Shown here: positions 47,099 through 56,593 of the stretch, in pieces | How positions within the stretch are numbered: the stretch's first letter is position 1 | Layout of the letters: each line of letters begins with the position of its first letter | NCBI GenBank assembly: GCA_050945315.1 | Contig: JBMNSS010000002.1 | Span: forward strand, 1 to 61,652 | Reading direction: 5' to 3' | DNA: 61,652 bases | From: Limnochordia bacterium | GTDB taxonomy: Bacteria; Bacillota; Limnochordia; DTU080 | Position numbers and translations under genes: made by a program | Notes under the pieces: model-generated | The model's database searches: none | What the model was told of the DNA's origin: nothing | The model's input: the letters and a program-made list of their open reading frames with translations, nothing else

Positions 47099-47135
47099 TC
47101 GACCTTCTCAGACTACGGTAGTCTTTGAAGGTCGA
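47099..47135 (+). terminator. two-tier hairpin immediately after the grpE stop (possible attenuator or partial terminator)
   Basis: TCGACCTTC (47099-47107) pairs with GAAGGTCGA (47127-47135), enclosing AGACT (47110-47114) paired with AGTCT (47120-47124). The U-tract is weak. Confidence 0.45.
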
Positions 47136-47169
47136 TCGTGCTCGGTGACGGCCGCACGTTCACTTGTTC

Positions 47170-47527
47170 TTGAGTGCTTCGAGCACCACGTTACGGGCGA
47201 GCGACATAGGCATTCCGGGGCACTTCGTCGGCTCCGGATCTTGCGGCGCCGGTTAGACTCGACCGATGGGGGCAACGGCAGCGTCACCTGCAGACCGCTC
47301 AGAAAAACCTGCGAGAAGACCGCTATCGCCGGAAGGCCCGTGGCGCCTTCACAGGCTAGCGGGCGTGGGTCCGTGGTGTTTCAGCGCGCCCTGTCATCCC
47401 GTCACGCAAGTCAAGCGTTGGAACGGAGAAGTTGCCGCCGATCATCGGGTGCCGGAACGTCGGCTTCACGCAGGCGCGATCTTTAGGGGGCGCACCATCC
47501 GTGGTGCTTCCCGGACAACCAGACAAA
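47170..47527 (+). mobile_element. second IscB-less derivative (copy B) of the iscB/omega-RNA element, in the grpE-dnaK spacer
   Basis: ACGTTACGGGCGAGCGACATAGGCA (47188-47212) matches 61134-61157. GGCAACGG..CAGCGTCAC (47271-47287) matches 61218-61235. It is alignable to copy A over about 330 nt (GGTGTTTCAGC, GTTGCCGC and GGTGCCGGA are identical). Confidence 0.6.
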
Positions 47528-47598
47528 CTAGCAGTCATGCATGGTGTCGGTTGACGATCTTGATGTCGACGGATACCACGAGAGTGGAGGAAGGATAT

Positions 47599-49458
47599 AT
47601 GAGCAAGGTGGTCGGTATTGATTTAGGCACCACCAATTCGGTTATCGCGGTCATGGAAGGCGGGGAACCGACGGTTATCCCCAACGCTGAGGGTAGCCGG
47701 ACGACACCGTCGGTGGTAGCCTTCAGTCAAAAAGACGGCGGTCAACCGGCGGAACGCCTTGTTGGTGCGGTGGCCAAGCGACAGGCGGTCAGCAACCCTG
47801 ATCGCACGATTCTGTCGATCAAAAGGCAAATGGGTACCGAGTACAAGGTTCGCATAGACGGTCGCAATTATACTCCGCCGGAAATCGCGGCCATGATCCT
47901 GCAGAAGCTTCGGGCGGATGCGGAAGAGTACTTGGGAGAAAAGATCACGAAAGCCGTGATCACAGTTCCCGCCTACTTCACGGATGCTCAACGGCAGGCC
48001 ACCAAGGATGCGGGCACCATTGCCGGTCTTGAGGTCTTGCGTATTATCAACGAGCCTACCGCTGCGGCTCTCGCCTACGGTGCAGAGCGGGACGAAGATC
48101 ATACCGTCTTGGTATTTGACCTTGGCGGGGGAACGTTTGACGTTTCCATTCTGGAACTCGGCGACGGAGTTTACGAAGTCAAGGCGACCAGCGGGAACAA
48201 CCGCTTGGGCGGCGATGACTTCGATCAGCGAATCATAGACTATCTGGTTAGCGAGTTCGAGAAGACCACCGGTGTTGATCTTAGAAAAGATCGTATGGCT
48301 ATGCAGCGGGTGAAGGAAGCAGCTGAGAAGGCCAAGATAGAGTTGTCCGGAATCACACAGACCACGATCAACCTGCCTTTCATCGCCATGAAACCGGATG
48401 GTCCGCTGAATATGGATATCACTTTGACGCGGGCCAAGTTCGAGGCCTTGACGAAAGACTTGGTTGAGGCCACCATGGGACCAACCAAGCGGGCCTTGGC
48501 TGACGCGGGGCTGAAACCCCATGACATTGACCGTGTGATTCTGGTCGGCGGCTCTACTCGTATTCCGGCCGTTCAAGAAGCCATTCGTCAGCTCATAGGC
48601 AAGGACCCTCACAAGGGTGTGAATCCTGACGAAGTGGTGGCTGTGGGAGCGGCCATTCAGGCAGGAATACTGGCCGGTGAAGTCAAAGACATCGTACTTC
48701 TGGATGTCACTCCGTTGTCGTTGGGTATCGAGACGTTGGGCGGAGTCTTCACGAAATTGATTGAGCGCAACACGACGATACCGACCCAGACCACAGAAAT
48801 CTTTTCCACGGCCGCAGACAACCAGACCGCAGTCGATATTCACGTGCTGCAAGGCGAGCGGTCGATGGCTGCGGATAACGTCACCTTGGGACGTTTCCAG
48901 CTGAGCGGTATCTTACCCGCTCCCAGGGGAGTGCCGAAAATAGAGGTTTCTTTTGATATAGACGTCAATGGTATCGTTAAGGTCTCCGCCAAGGATCTCG
49001 GTACGGGAAAGGCGCAGGAGATCACGCTTACCGCACGCACAGGCCTCAGCGAACAGGACATTGACCGCCTGGTTAAAGAGGCGGAGGCTCACGCCGAAGA
49101 TGACCAACGGCGCAAGGAGCTGATTGAGGCCCGTAACGAGGCAGATGCGCTCATCTACTCCGCGGATCGTACTCTCAATGAAATGGGAGACAAGGTGACT
49201 GATCAAGAACGCGAAGAGATAACCGAGGCACAAGAGGCTCTGAAGGCGGTCATGGGTGGCGAAGACATTCAGGCCATTAAAGACAAACAAGGTGACTTGA
49301 GTTCAGCGCTGTATAAGGTTACTTCTCGCGCCTATGAAGCGGGGCATGCATCTGAGTCGAGCGACGGCGACGATGATCGAGCCAGTGAGCCGACCGTGGA
49401 TGCCGATTTCACGGTGGATGACGATTTTACGGTAGATGACGACAAAAGCTGGTCGTAA
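47599..49458 (+). CDS. dnaK: molecular chaperone DnaK (Hsp70)
   Basis: [14 protein letters not shown] after GGAGGAAGG, followed by full Hsp70 motifs. The track ORF start at 47266 is an in-frame artefact running through the spacer. Confidence 0.95.
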   Translation: MSKVVGIDLGTTNSVIAVMEGGEPTVIPNAEGSRTTPSVVAFSQKDGGQPAERLVGAVAKRQAVSNPDRTILSIKRQMGTEYKVRIDGRNYTPPEIAAMILQKLRADAEEYLGEKITKAVITVPAYFTDAQRQATKDAGTIAGLEVLRIINEPTAAALAYGAERDEDHTVLVFDLGGGTFDVSILELGDGVYEVKATSGNNRLGGDDFDQRIIDYLVSEFEKTTGVDLRKDRMAMQRVKEAAEKAKIELSGITQTTINLPFIAMKPDGPLNMDITLTRAKFEALTKDLVEATMGPTKRALADAGLKPHDIDRVILVGGSTRIPAVQEAIRQLIGKDPHKGVNPDEVVAVGAAIQAGILAGEVKDIVLLDVTPLSLGIETLGGVFTKLIERNTTIPTQTTEIFSTAADNQTAVDIHVLQGERSMAADNVTLGRFQLSGILPAPRGVPKIEVSFDIDVNGIVKVSAKDLGTGKAQEITLTARTGLSEQDIDRLVKEAEAHAEDDQRRKELIEARNEADALIYSADRTLNEMGDKVTDQEREEITEAQEALKAVMGGEDIQAIKDKQGDLSSALYKVTSRAYEAGHASESSDGDDDRASEPTVDADFTVDDDFTVDDDKSWS

Positions 49459-49478
49459 GAGTATGGTGACGGTGGGAT

Positions 49479-49509
49479 GCGACACATGGGCGCCGCGCCC
49501 ATGTGTCGC
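49479..49509 (+). other. perfect 14-bp stem-loop in the dnaK-dnaJ spacer
   Basis: GCGACACATGGGCG (49479-49492), loop ccg, then CGCCCATGTGTCGC (49496-49509). No U-tract follows. Confidence 0.5.
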
Positions 49510-49550
49510 CGCGTACTGTGTGGAATAGCTGCCGGGGGGCGAAAAAAGGC

Positions 49551-50708
49551 GTGGCAAAAAGGGACTATTATGAGGTCTTGGGGGTTGGTAGAGACGCCTC
49601 AGAGGCTGACATAAAAAAAGCATACCGCCAGTTGGCTCGCAAATACCATCCCGACGTGGCCAAAGATGATCCACAAGCCGAAGAGAAGTTCAAAGAAGCC
49701 ACGGAGGCTTACAAGGTCTTGTCTAATCCGGAGGCGCGGGCGAAATACGACCAATTCGGTCATGCCGCCTTTGATCAGCAGGGCGCGGGATCCGGCGGCT
49801 TTGACCCCTTTGGAGGCTTCGGTTTCGATGATCTCGGCGATATCTTCGATGCGCTTTTCGGTGGGGCGACCAGGGGTGAAAGACGTCGCGGCCCGCAAAA
49901 AGGCGCTGACTTGCGCTATGATGTGACCTTGGAGTTCAAGGAAGCCGCTTTCGGAACGAACGTGGAAATCACCGTGCCTCGCAATGAAACATGCCCGCAC
50001 TGCCACGGCAACAAGGCCGAACCGGGCACGCCCATCGTTACTTGTGAGGTCTGTGGAGGCAGTGGAACGGTGCGTCAAGAACGGCATACGCCTCTTGGTC
50101 GCATGATGAACGTAATCACGTGTGGCAGATGTCAGGGAGAAGGCAAGACTGCCAAGCAGGCGTGTTCCGAATGCCAAGGGCGCGGGGTCGTCCATCGTCG
50201 GCGTCAGATAAGGGTCGATATTCCGGCCGGCGTCGACAATGACACGGTAGTGCCCGTTCCCGGTGAAGGTGAGGCGGGAACCAGAGGCGGTCCGCCGGGA
50301 GATCTGTATGTGTTTGTCAGGGTCAAGCCGCATAGATTCTTCCGCCGGGAAGGCAACGATGTCGTGTGTGAGATCCCGATCAGCTTTGCTCAGGCGGCGC
50401 TCGGGGATGAGATTGACGTTCCCACCTTGGACGGAAAGGCGAAGCTAAAGATTCCCGAGGGCACGCAGACGGGCACGGTCCTTCGCCTGCGGGGATTGGG
50501 GATCCCGGGGATCCGCGGGCATGGGCGCGGTGATCAACGGGTGGTCGTCAAGGTGGTGACTCCCACGCGTTTGACTCCTCGTCAGCGTGAATTGCTTCGG
50601 GAGTTCGCCGGTCTTTCGGGAGACGATAGCGGTATGAACGAGCAGCAAGACAAGAACCTGTTTCGCCGGATGCGTGAAGCCTTTGGCAGTCAAGGGCGCT
50701 CCGAATAG
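49551..50708 (+). CDS. dnaJ: co-chaperone DnaJ (Hsp40)
   Basis: J domain ([10 protein letters not shown]...YHPD), a G/F region and four CxxCxGxG zinc motifs. The start is set at GTG 49551. Confidence 0.9.
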   Translation: MAKRDYYEVLGVGRDASEADIKKAYRQLARKYHPDVAKDDPQAEEKFKEATEAYKVLSNPEARAKYDQFGHAAFDQQGAGSGGFDPFGGFGFDDLGDIFDALFGGATRGERRRGPQKGADLRYDVTLEFKEAAFGTNVEITVPRNETCPHCHGNKAEPGTPIVTCEVCGGSGTVRQERHTPLGRMMNVITCGRCQGEGKTAKQACSECQGRGVVHRRRQIRVDIPAGVDNDTVVPVPGEGEAGTRGGPPGDLYVFVRVKPHRFFRREGNDVVCEIPISFAQAALGDEIDVPTLDGKAKLKIPEGTQTGTVLRLRGLGIPGIRGHGRGDQRVVVKVVTPTRLTPRQRELLREFAGLSGDDSGMNEQQDKNLFRRMREAFGSQGRSE

Positions 50709-50725
50709 GCAGGGGGACTGACGCT

Positions 50726-51691
50726 TTGGATGCTCAAGATTGGCTTGAAGTCAGTGTGGTCACAAGTCCGGAAGCTGTGGAAGCGGTCAGCGAGATGCTA
50801 ATGGATCAGGGAGCCAATGGCGTGGTCATCGATGACCCTCGAGTTGTGGAGCGGCGCCTTGCTGAGTTAGGCACGGAGCTGATTGATGAGCCCGGTGTGC
50901 GCCCGATGTCAGGCGATGCGGTTTCGCCCGGATCGGACAGTGTCACGGTGAAGGCCTACTTGTCGGTCGAGGCTCCTGATGGACTCTTGGCCGATCTGGC
51001 GGAAAGGGTAAGGCGCCTGGCACAGATGGGCCTTGATCCGGGTGTGGTTGAGGTATCGGCCCGAAGAGTGCGTGATGAGGATTGGGCTCACTCATGGAAG
51101 GAGTTTTACACGGTGCAGCACATCGGGCACCGGTTTGTGATCGTGCCATCGTGGATCACATACGCGGCTCAGCCCGGGGAAGTGATCGTGCATTTGGATC
51201 CGGGCATGGCATTCGGGACCGGCATACATCCCAGCACTCGGTTGTGTCTGGAGGTGTTGGAGCAGACAGTCGCTCCGGGGACTCACGTGTTAGATGTGGG
51301 GACCGGCTCCGGTATCCTGGCCATCGCCGCGGCCAAACTCGGGGCCCGAGTCCACGCGCTCGACATCGACCCGCGGGCGGTGTCGGTGGCCCGCGACAAC
51401 ATAGGGGCCAACGGCGTGATGGCCAATGTCACGGTGGCGACCGGAAGCATTGAGGATGTACAAGGAATGAGCTTTGATATCATCGTGGCCAACATAATCG
51501 CTGACACCATCATCGACATCTTGCCAAAAGCGGCCCAACTGTTGCATCCGCGGGGGTGCTTTGTCGCTTCCGGGATCGTGGTCGGACGCCTGGAAGATGT
51601 ACGCACCGCTTGGGCGGCCGGCGATTTGGTGATTACCGAAGAGAGGCAGGACGATGAATGGTGTTGCGTGATCGGCGGGTTTAGATCATGA
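50726..51691 (+). CDS. prmA: ribosomal protein L11 methyltransferase
   Basis: AFGTGIHPST and LDVGTGSGILAIAAAKLGA SAM motifs, located after dnaJ. Confidence 0.9.
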   Translation: MDAQDWLEVSVVTSPEAVEAVSEMLMDQGANGVVIDDPRVVERRLAELGTELIDEPGVRPMSGDAVSPGSDSVTVKAYLSVEAPDGLLADLAERVRRLAQMGLDPGVVEVSARRVRDEDWAHSWKEFYTVQHIGHRFVIVPSWITYAAQPGEVIVHLDPGMAFGTGIHPSTRLCLEVLEQTVAPGTHVLDVGTGSGILAIAAAKLGARVHALDIDPRAVSVARDNIGANGVMANVTVATGSIEDVQGMSFDIIVANIIADTIIDILPKAAQLLHPRGCFVASGIVVGRLEDVRTAWAAGDLVITEERQDDEWCCVIGGFRS

Positions 51692-52491
51692 ACCTTCCTC
51701 GTTTTTTCGTGACATCGGATCAGCTGGAGCCAGACGTCGACAAGCGAGTGAAGCGGGTTCTCATCACTGAAGATGAAGCCCTGCATGCCGCCCGTGTGCT
51801 GCGTTTGGTTGTCGGGGATCAGGTAGTGGTCTGCGACGGATCCGGTATGGAGTACTTGGGCGTTCTCAGGCGCGTGTCAGTTGCTGAATGTCTGGCTGAG
51901 ATCATCGCCGAACGATATGGCCCTGCCGAACCGCATATCCGATTGCATCTTTTTGCGGGTCTGTCAAAGGCTGACAAGATGGACTACCTGATACAAAAAT
52001 GCACGGAGCTCGGAGTGACGGCCATTCACCCTGTGGTTACGGAGCGTAGCGTAGTGCGTCTGAAGGGTGAAAAGGCCGTGGCCCGCACTCAGCGTTGGCA
52101 GAGAATCGCCCGTGAGGCCGCTAAGCAGTGCGGACGGGCGCGCTATCCTTCGGTCTCATCGGTGGAACCTCTGCAGGCGGCAGTGAGTCGTCATTGTTGC
52201 CGGCCTTTGGTCGTGGCCTGGGAGGAAGCCTCAGAACCCTTGCGCCCATACCTCGAGCAATGTCACTCGGTTTCCGAGATAGGATGCGGTGCGGTGATCG
52301 GGCCAGAGGGTGGTCTGTCATCTGACGAAGTAAAGGGTCTGCAAGAGCTAGGGGCCTTTGTCGGCGGTCTGGGGCCCCGCATCCTGCGCACGGAGACTGC
52401 CGGAGTGGTGCTGGTGGCACTGATGGCAAATGCCCTTGGCGAATTGGATAGGGTGGCCAAAGACGGTGACGGAGGTTGGTCATGCGTATAG
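51688..52491 (+). CDS. rsmE: 16S rRNA (uracil1498-N3)-methyltransferase
   Basis: MNLPRFFV N-terminus and C-terminal IGPEGGLS...LGPRILRTETA. The ATGA overlaps the prmA stop. Confidence 0.85.
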   Translation: MNLPRFFVTSDQLEPDVDKRVKRVLITEDEALHAARVLRLVVGDQVVVCDGSGMEYLGVLRRVSVAECLAEIIAERYGPAEPHIRLHLFAGLSKADKMDYLIQKCTELGVTAIHPVVTERSVVRLKGEKAVARTQRWQRIAREAAKQCGRARYPSVSSVEPLQAAVSRHCCRPLVVAWEEASEPLRPYLEQCHSVSEIGCGAVIGPEGGLSSDEVKGLQELGAFVGGLGPRILRTETAGVVLVALMANALGELDRVAKDGDGGWSCV

Positions 52492-52967
52492 GGGTCTTAT
52501 CTGATACCCACATCCCGGGTCGGGCTCGTAAGATTCCGGATGAGGTTATCGCCGGTATGGCGGGTGTAAGTCTGATCATTCACGCCGGTGACATCGTGCA
52601 TCAGGATGTATTGTCGACCCTGGCTGCGATCGCACCGGTCCACGCGGTGTATGGCAACATGGACCCTCCGTCGCTGCGAAGGGCTCTGCCACGCCGACGA
52701 GTCGTCGAAGCAGAAGGATATCGCATCGGTATCATACACGGTGATGGGCGGTATGGCAGTACACTCGCTCGTGCTCTAAACGCTTTTGACGACGTGCACT
52801 GCATCGTCTTTGGGCACTCGCACCGACCCGTCTGCACCCGCCATGGTGATCTTTTGTTGCTCAATCCCGGGTCGCCGACTGACAGACGTCTGAGTCCCAA
52901 GCATTCTTACGCCATCTTAACCGTATCGACGTCTGGGTTGGAGGGCGAGATTGTCTACTTCGACTGA
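52482..52967 (+). CDS. YfcE/MJ0936-family metallophosphoesterase
   Basis: MRIGVLSDTHIPG, HAGD, GNMD and FGHSH motifs. ATG 52482 lies 6 nt after GGAGG. Confidence 0.8.
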   Translation: MRIGVLSDTHIPGRARKIPDEVIAGMAGVSLIIHAGDIVHQDVLSTLAAIAPVHAVYGNMDPPSLRRALPRRRVVEAEGYRIGIIHGDGRYGSTLARALNAFDDVHCIVFGHSHRPVCTRHGDLLLLNPGSPTDRRLSPKHSYAILTVSTSGLEGEIVYFD

Positions 52968-53673
52968 TGAGCTCAAGTTGTACGCCATCGCTGATTTGCA
53001 TTTGCCGGGCGGCCAGGACAAGCCTATGGACGTGTTCGGCGTACAATGGCGTGACCATGTGACCCGTCTGCGACAGGCATGGGTTGATCTTGTCAGTGAT
53101 GAAGACTGGGTGTTGGTGCCGGGCGACATCTCCTGGGCAATGCGCCTGGAAGAAGCCTTGCCTGATCTGCATTTTCTCGGCAGCCTTCCCGGTCGGATCA
53201 TTTTGCTGCGCGGCAATCATGACTATTGGTGGCAAGGCATCGGCAAGGTACGCGGAGTGTTGCCGGCCAACATGTACGCCATACAAAACGACTGTATACT
53301 GCTGCCCGACAATACGGCAATCTGCGGGGCCCGTGGATGGGATCTTCCCACCAAAGAAGGGATCAGTGCTCACGACATCCGCATCTATGAACGTGAACTC
53401 CAGCGCTTACGGATGTCGCTGGAGCAAGGTCGCCAATCGGGGGCCCGTCGCTTGGTGGCCATGATGCATTTCCCCCCGGCTGAGACGGGAGGCATGCCGA
53501 CAGGGTTTACGGCGCTCCTGGAGGAGTATGACGTAGCGATCTGCGTGTATGGCCATCTTCACGGCGACTATGGCAGACGAGCCCTCCGAGGATGCCATCG
53601 CGGTGTCTGCTACCGGTTGGTATCCGCCGATGCCCTGGATTTCCGCCCTTGGTTGGTGAGCGAGCTTGACTAG
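52951..53673 (+). CDS. metallophosphoesterase (calcineurin-like)
   Basis: IADLHL, PGDISW, GNHDYWW and YGHLH motifs. The TTG start follows GGAGGG. Confidence 0.7.
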   Translation: MSTSTDELKLYAIADLHLPGGQDKPMDVFGVQWRDHVTRLRQAWVDLVSDEDWVLVPGDISWAMRLEEALPDLHFLGSLPGRIILLRGNHDYWWQGIGKVRGVLPANMYAIQNDCILLPDNTAICGARGWDLPTKEGISAHDIRIYERELQRLRMSLEQGRQSGARRLVAMMHFPPAETGGMPTGFTALLEEYDVAICVYGHLHGDYGRRALRGCHRGVCYRLVSADALDFRPWLVSELD

Positions 53674-54326
53674 GAGCAGACACGCTCTCCGGTGACCAGG
53701 TAGATCACACGTTCAGCGATGTTGGTGGCGTGATCCGCGATTCTCTCCAAGTGCTGGGCGACAAAGAGCAAGTTGAGGGCTTGCTGTGCATTCGCCGCAT
53801 CGGTTCCCTGGATGATCAGGCCAAGCAGCTCGTCGTGCAGTTCCGAATAGAGCTTGTCGATCAGGTCGTCTTCGCCGCGGACTTTTTCCGCCAAGGCCGT
53901 GTCGCGACTGACAAAGGCATCGAGGCTTTCGTGAACCATTTGGCGGGCGAGGGTTGACATGCGTGGGATATCCACCAGAGGCTTGATCAGAGGGTTGGCA
54001 CCGATCCTCAAGGCTATGAGAGCGATGGCGGTGGCATGATCGGCCATGCGTTCCAGATCGGTGATGGCTTTGAGAGCGGTGGTCACCGTTCGCAGGTCGC
54101 TGGCTAAAGGATGATGCAGGGCCAGGATGCGTATACAATCGCCTTCTATGCGTCTTTCCAGGTCATCGATGACTTTGTCACCTTCAACGACCGACTTGGC
54201 GAGTTCCAGATCTTGCTCCGACAAGGCGCGATCTGCATCGCGTATGGCTTCTTCCACAAGAGTGCCCATGCGCAGAATGGCGTCGTTGATGCTTTCCAAC
54301 TGGTGGCAGCAACGTCCCTCGTTCAT
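53670..54326 (-). CDS. phoU: phosphate signaling complex protein PhoU
   Basis: Two PhoU repeats (ERMADHATAIA and ERIADHATNIAE). The start overlaps the upstream stop (ATGA). Confidence 0.9.
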   Translation of the reverse strand: MNEGRCCHQLESINDAILRMGTLVEEAIRDADRALSEQDLELAKSVVEGDKVIDDLERRIEGDCIRILALHHPLASDLRTVTTALKAITDLERMADHATAIALIALRIGANPLIKPLVDIPRMSTLARQMVHESLDAFVSRDTALAEKVRGEDDLIDKLYSELHDELLGLIIQGTDAANAQQALNLLFVAQHLERIADHATNIAERVIYLVTGERVCS

Positions 54327-55144
54327 GAATCGGTACCTCCAGACGGGTCGCGTGATGATGAACGACTGATCAATGAGAGCAGTTTTTTGTAGTTTCCGGT
54401 CAGGAAGCTTTCAGTACGCGGATCTTCAGGACGCTCAAAAAGGCTCTCCGTGGATCCGATTTCTACTATCTGACCACAGCAGAGGAAAGCCATCTTCTTG
54501 CTTATCCGTCCGGCCTGATCAGGCTCTCTGGTTGCCCATATCAGCGTCATGGTTCCAGCCGCCATGGCTGCCATCACAGTATCCTCGAAACGGGCTCGTC
54601 CGATGCTGTCGAGTCCGCGGGTAGGATCGTCAAGCAACAAGAGACCAGGGGATGTGGCCAGGGTACGGGCCAGAGCCATAAGACGAAGCGTGACCGGGTC
54701 ACTGGCATTATACGGGCGGCGGAGGCGGCCGCGCATCTCCTGCCACAGCCCCACCAGACGCAGGACCCGCTCAGTCTGTTCACCGACTTCCTCACTTGAG
54801 TGGCCTCGCAGCGACAAGCCAATTTCCTCAAGAGGCGTGCGAGCCAAAGGCGCGGGTATAAGCAGTCCGACACGTCGCCGCAGCGAGCGCGTAGCGATGC
54901 GCGTTACATCCATTCCCTCCACAAGAATCCGACCTTCAACCTGAGCACCCGGCACTTCATCCAGGAGCCGATTGATCGCCCACATCAGGGCTGATTTCCC
55001 GGAGTTCACCGGACCCACGATCGACAGAGTCCCACCCGCGACCACCTCAAAGGAGACTCCATCCAGAAGCTGCACTTCGTCGACTCGCGCGGTGAGGCTT
55101 TTGACCGTTAAAGAAAGCGGATTCGGCGGTTCAGGTAGCATCAT
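54323..55144 (-). CDS. degenerate PstB-like ABC ATPase-fold protein (probably non-catalytic)
   Basis: The layout is collinear with PstB and Walker A (GPVNSGKS) is retained. The Q-loop Gln is absent (GLLIPAP), LSGGQ is replaced by NASDPVT, Walker B is LLLLDDP (no catalytic Glu), and the H-loop is WATR. The start is set at ATG 55144. Confidence 0.65.
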   Translation of the reverse strand: MMLPEPPNPLSLTVKSLTARVDEVQLLDGVSFEVVAGGTLSIVGPVNSGKSALMWAINRLLDEVPGAQVEGRILVEGMDVTRIATRSLRRRVGLLIPAPLARTPLEEIGLSLRGHSSEEVGEQTERVLRLVGLWQEMRGRLRRPYNASDPVTLRLMALARTLATSPGLLLLDDPTRGLDSIGRARFEDTVMAAMAAGTMTLIWATREPDQAGRISKKMAFLCCGQIVEIGSTESLFERPEDPRTESFLTGNYKKLLSLISRSSSRDPSGGTDS

Positions 55145-56495
55145 GGCGAAGATCCTCCAGCGTAGTGGATAGGTCGCCTTCACGAATACGTGGGCGAAGC
55201 TCGAAAGAGCGTAAGATCAGAGCACCCAGTTGAGCCACTCCGGCCATCAACGCCCAAACCAATGCCGGGGCCGCGGACAGACTCTGACGTGAAGAGTACA
55301 AGGCGTTCAAGAATGCCGCGCTCGCCAACCAGGCAGCCGTGGAAGACAGAAGCTGTGCAGGCAGAAAGACGCGACGATGAGGCTCTTGAGTTGGCAGTCC
55401 CAAAGCCCCCGCCGCGGCGGCAGTTGTAGCCTGACCCAATCTTAACATACGCCTGACGGCACCGGCATGGGCCCATCTGGCAGCGGCAAGTTGGATAAAC
55501 ACATACACCGTGAGTCCCGCCACGGCTACTGACAGCCAGATGGGGCGCTTGGCCTGTGAGCCTATGACTACCGGATAGGTCCAGATGATAGGCGACAAAG
55601 CGGCCAGATGCACGGCAATCCGTGACCCGGAGTGGGAGTGTGTCAGAATTCGGATACGACTCGTTAGCAAGGTCACAAGACTCGCACTGCCGACTATGAC
55701 CAGTGCGTCCGTCAAAGCTCTCGCCATGACTTCCGGCGGCGGGGACACAGTAGCCAACTGGGCCTGCGCTCCGCCGGTAATCCAAGTGCGCAACACGGCC
55801 AGACCGACCAGTTCCAGCACGGCACCGATAACCAAGAGAGTTACGGTAAAGTGCAGCACCAAAGATACTGTAAACTCCGATCGGGGAATGACGCGCAGAC
55901 GGGCAGGCAATTCAGGCAGTGGGCCGAACAGAGGCGGATAGATGGGTCGACCAGTGTGGCCCACAAAAGCGGCGAGTGATTTCCGAAAACACAACATAGA
56001 AATACCTGAGAAAACGATCGCCCAGAAAATGCCTTGCCGCTCGTTGGCAATCCCAAACAAAGCACCGAAGTCGGCGAAAAGCCGTGATGCGTAAAGACCG
56101 ATTGCCGCTTGAAGCTCAACGGGGGCCTTGGAGATCGTAGCCACTCCGATTTGCCAAATGGATAATCCCAAGGCGCGGCCGGCAGCCAGCTCTTCTCCGC
56201 GGGGTTCGAGAGCCTGCAACAAGAGAAGAACGCCCAGTGGCAGGTGCGACAATATGATGATTCCGCTGCACAGAGGAAATGAGATATGCTCCCTGGAGGT
56301 CAGGATGAGAGCCAAATAGCCGGCCCCCGACAGGGCGGTGGCCCACTCTACACCCAAGCGCACCCATCCGGCGACGCGATGCGGCAGAAAAAAGGCTATG
56401 GTCGCGCTCGTAAGACCCGCAAGCAGCAGACTTCCTACTGCTATACCGGTTACTGCCGGCAAAGAGGCCATTGAGTTCAGCCCGATCCCCCCCAA
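55131..56495 (-). CDS. polytopic membrane protein resembling a fused, reduced PstC/PstA-type ABC permease
   Basis: Two EAA-loop-like segments are present: EELAAGRALGLSIWQIGVATISKAP and RMLRLGQATTAAAAGALGLPTQEPHRRVFLP. The protein is 454 aa and hydrophobic throughout. Confidence 0.5.
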   Translation of the reverse strand: MGGIGLNSMASLPAVTGIAVGSLLLAGLTSATIAFFLPHRVAGWVRLGVEWATALSGAGYLALILTSREHISFPLCSGIIILSHLPLGVLLLLQALEPRGEELAAGRALGLSIWQIGVATISKAPVELQAAIGLYASRLFADFGALFGIANERQGIFWAIVFSGISMLCFRKSLAAFVGHTGRPIYPPLFGPLPELPARLRVIPRSEFTVSLVLHFTVTLLVIGAVLELVGLAVLRTWITGGAQAQLATVSPPPEVMARALTDALVIVGSASLVTLLTSRIRILTHSHSGSRIAVHLAALSPIIWTYPVVIGSQAKRPIWLSVAVAGLTVYVFIQLAAARWAHAGAVRRMLRLGQATTAAAAGALGLPTQEPHRRVFLPAQLLSSTAAWLASAAFLNALYSSRQSLSAAPALVWALMAGVAQLGALILRSFELRPRIREGDLSTTLEDLRHDAT

Positions 56496-56593
56496 AAGGC
56501 TTCACTACCTCCAAGTATAACACCTTTAGCGCGATACACCCTGTTTACGGGGTAGTAAACAATATGTAAAGACTCCCCGAACTCAGTGATCGC

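Noticed and set aside
47158-47186. Apparent second CIRCE upstream of dnaK (TTCACT-tgttctt-GAGTGCTTC)
   Set aside because: Only the right arm resembles the consensus. The left arm matches 4 of 9 positions and the spacing is 7 nt rather than 9. It is better explained as the 5' end of repeat copy B or a decayed duplicate of the hrcA CIRCE.
47266-47598. N-terminal 111-codon extension of dnaK in the ORF track, and ORF 46944..47486
   Set aside because: DnaK starts canonically at [14 protein letters not shown] (ATG 47599) with a strong RBS. The extension merely reads through repeat copy B and has Arg/Pro-rich nonsense composition.
47623-48852. 409-aa ORF antisense to dnaK. Similar long antisense or overlapping ORFs are 3918..4649(-), 29035..30180(+), 39167..39868(-), 45478..46083(-), 49599..50333(-) and 58722..59618(-).
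   Set aside because: All of these lie opposite or out of frame to strongly supported conserved genes (dnaK, esterase, comEC, spoIIP, hrcA, dnaJ, mtaB). They are the usual stop-poor alternative frames of GC-rich coding DNA.
53670-53673. Convergent genes (metallophosphoesterase and phoU) whose stop codons overlap in the palindrome CTAG with no terminator between them
   Set aside because: It is real in the sequence but probably just compact gene packing, and it carries no further signal.
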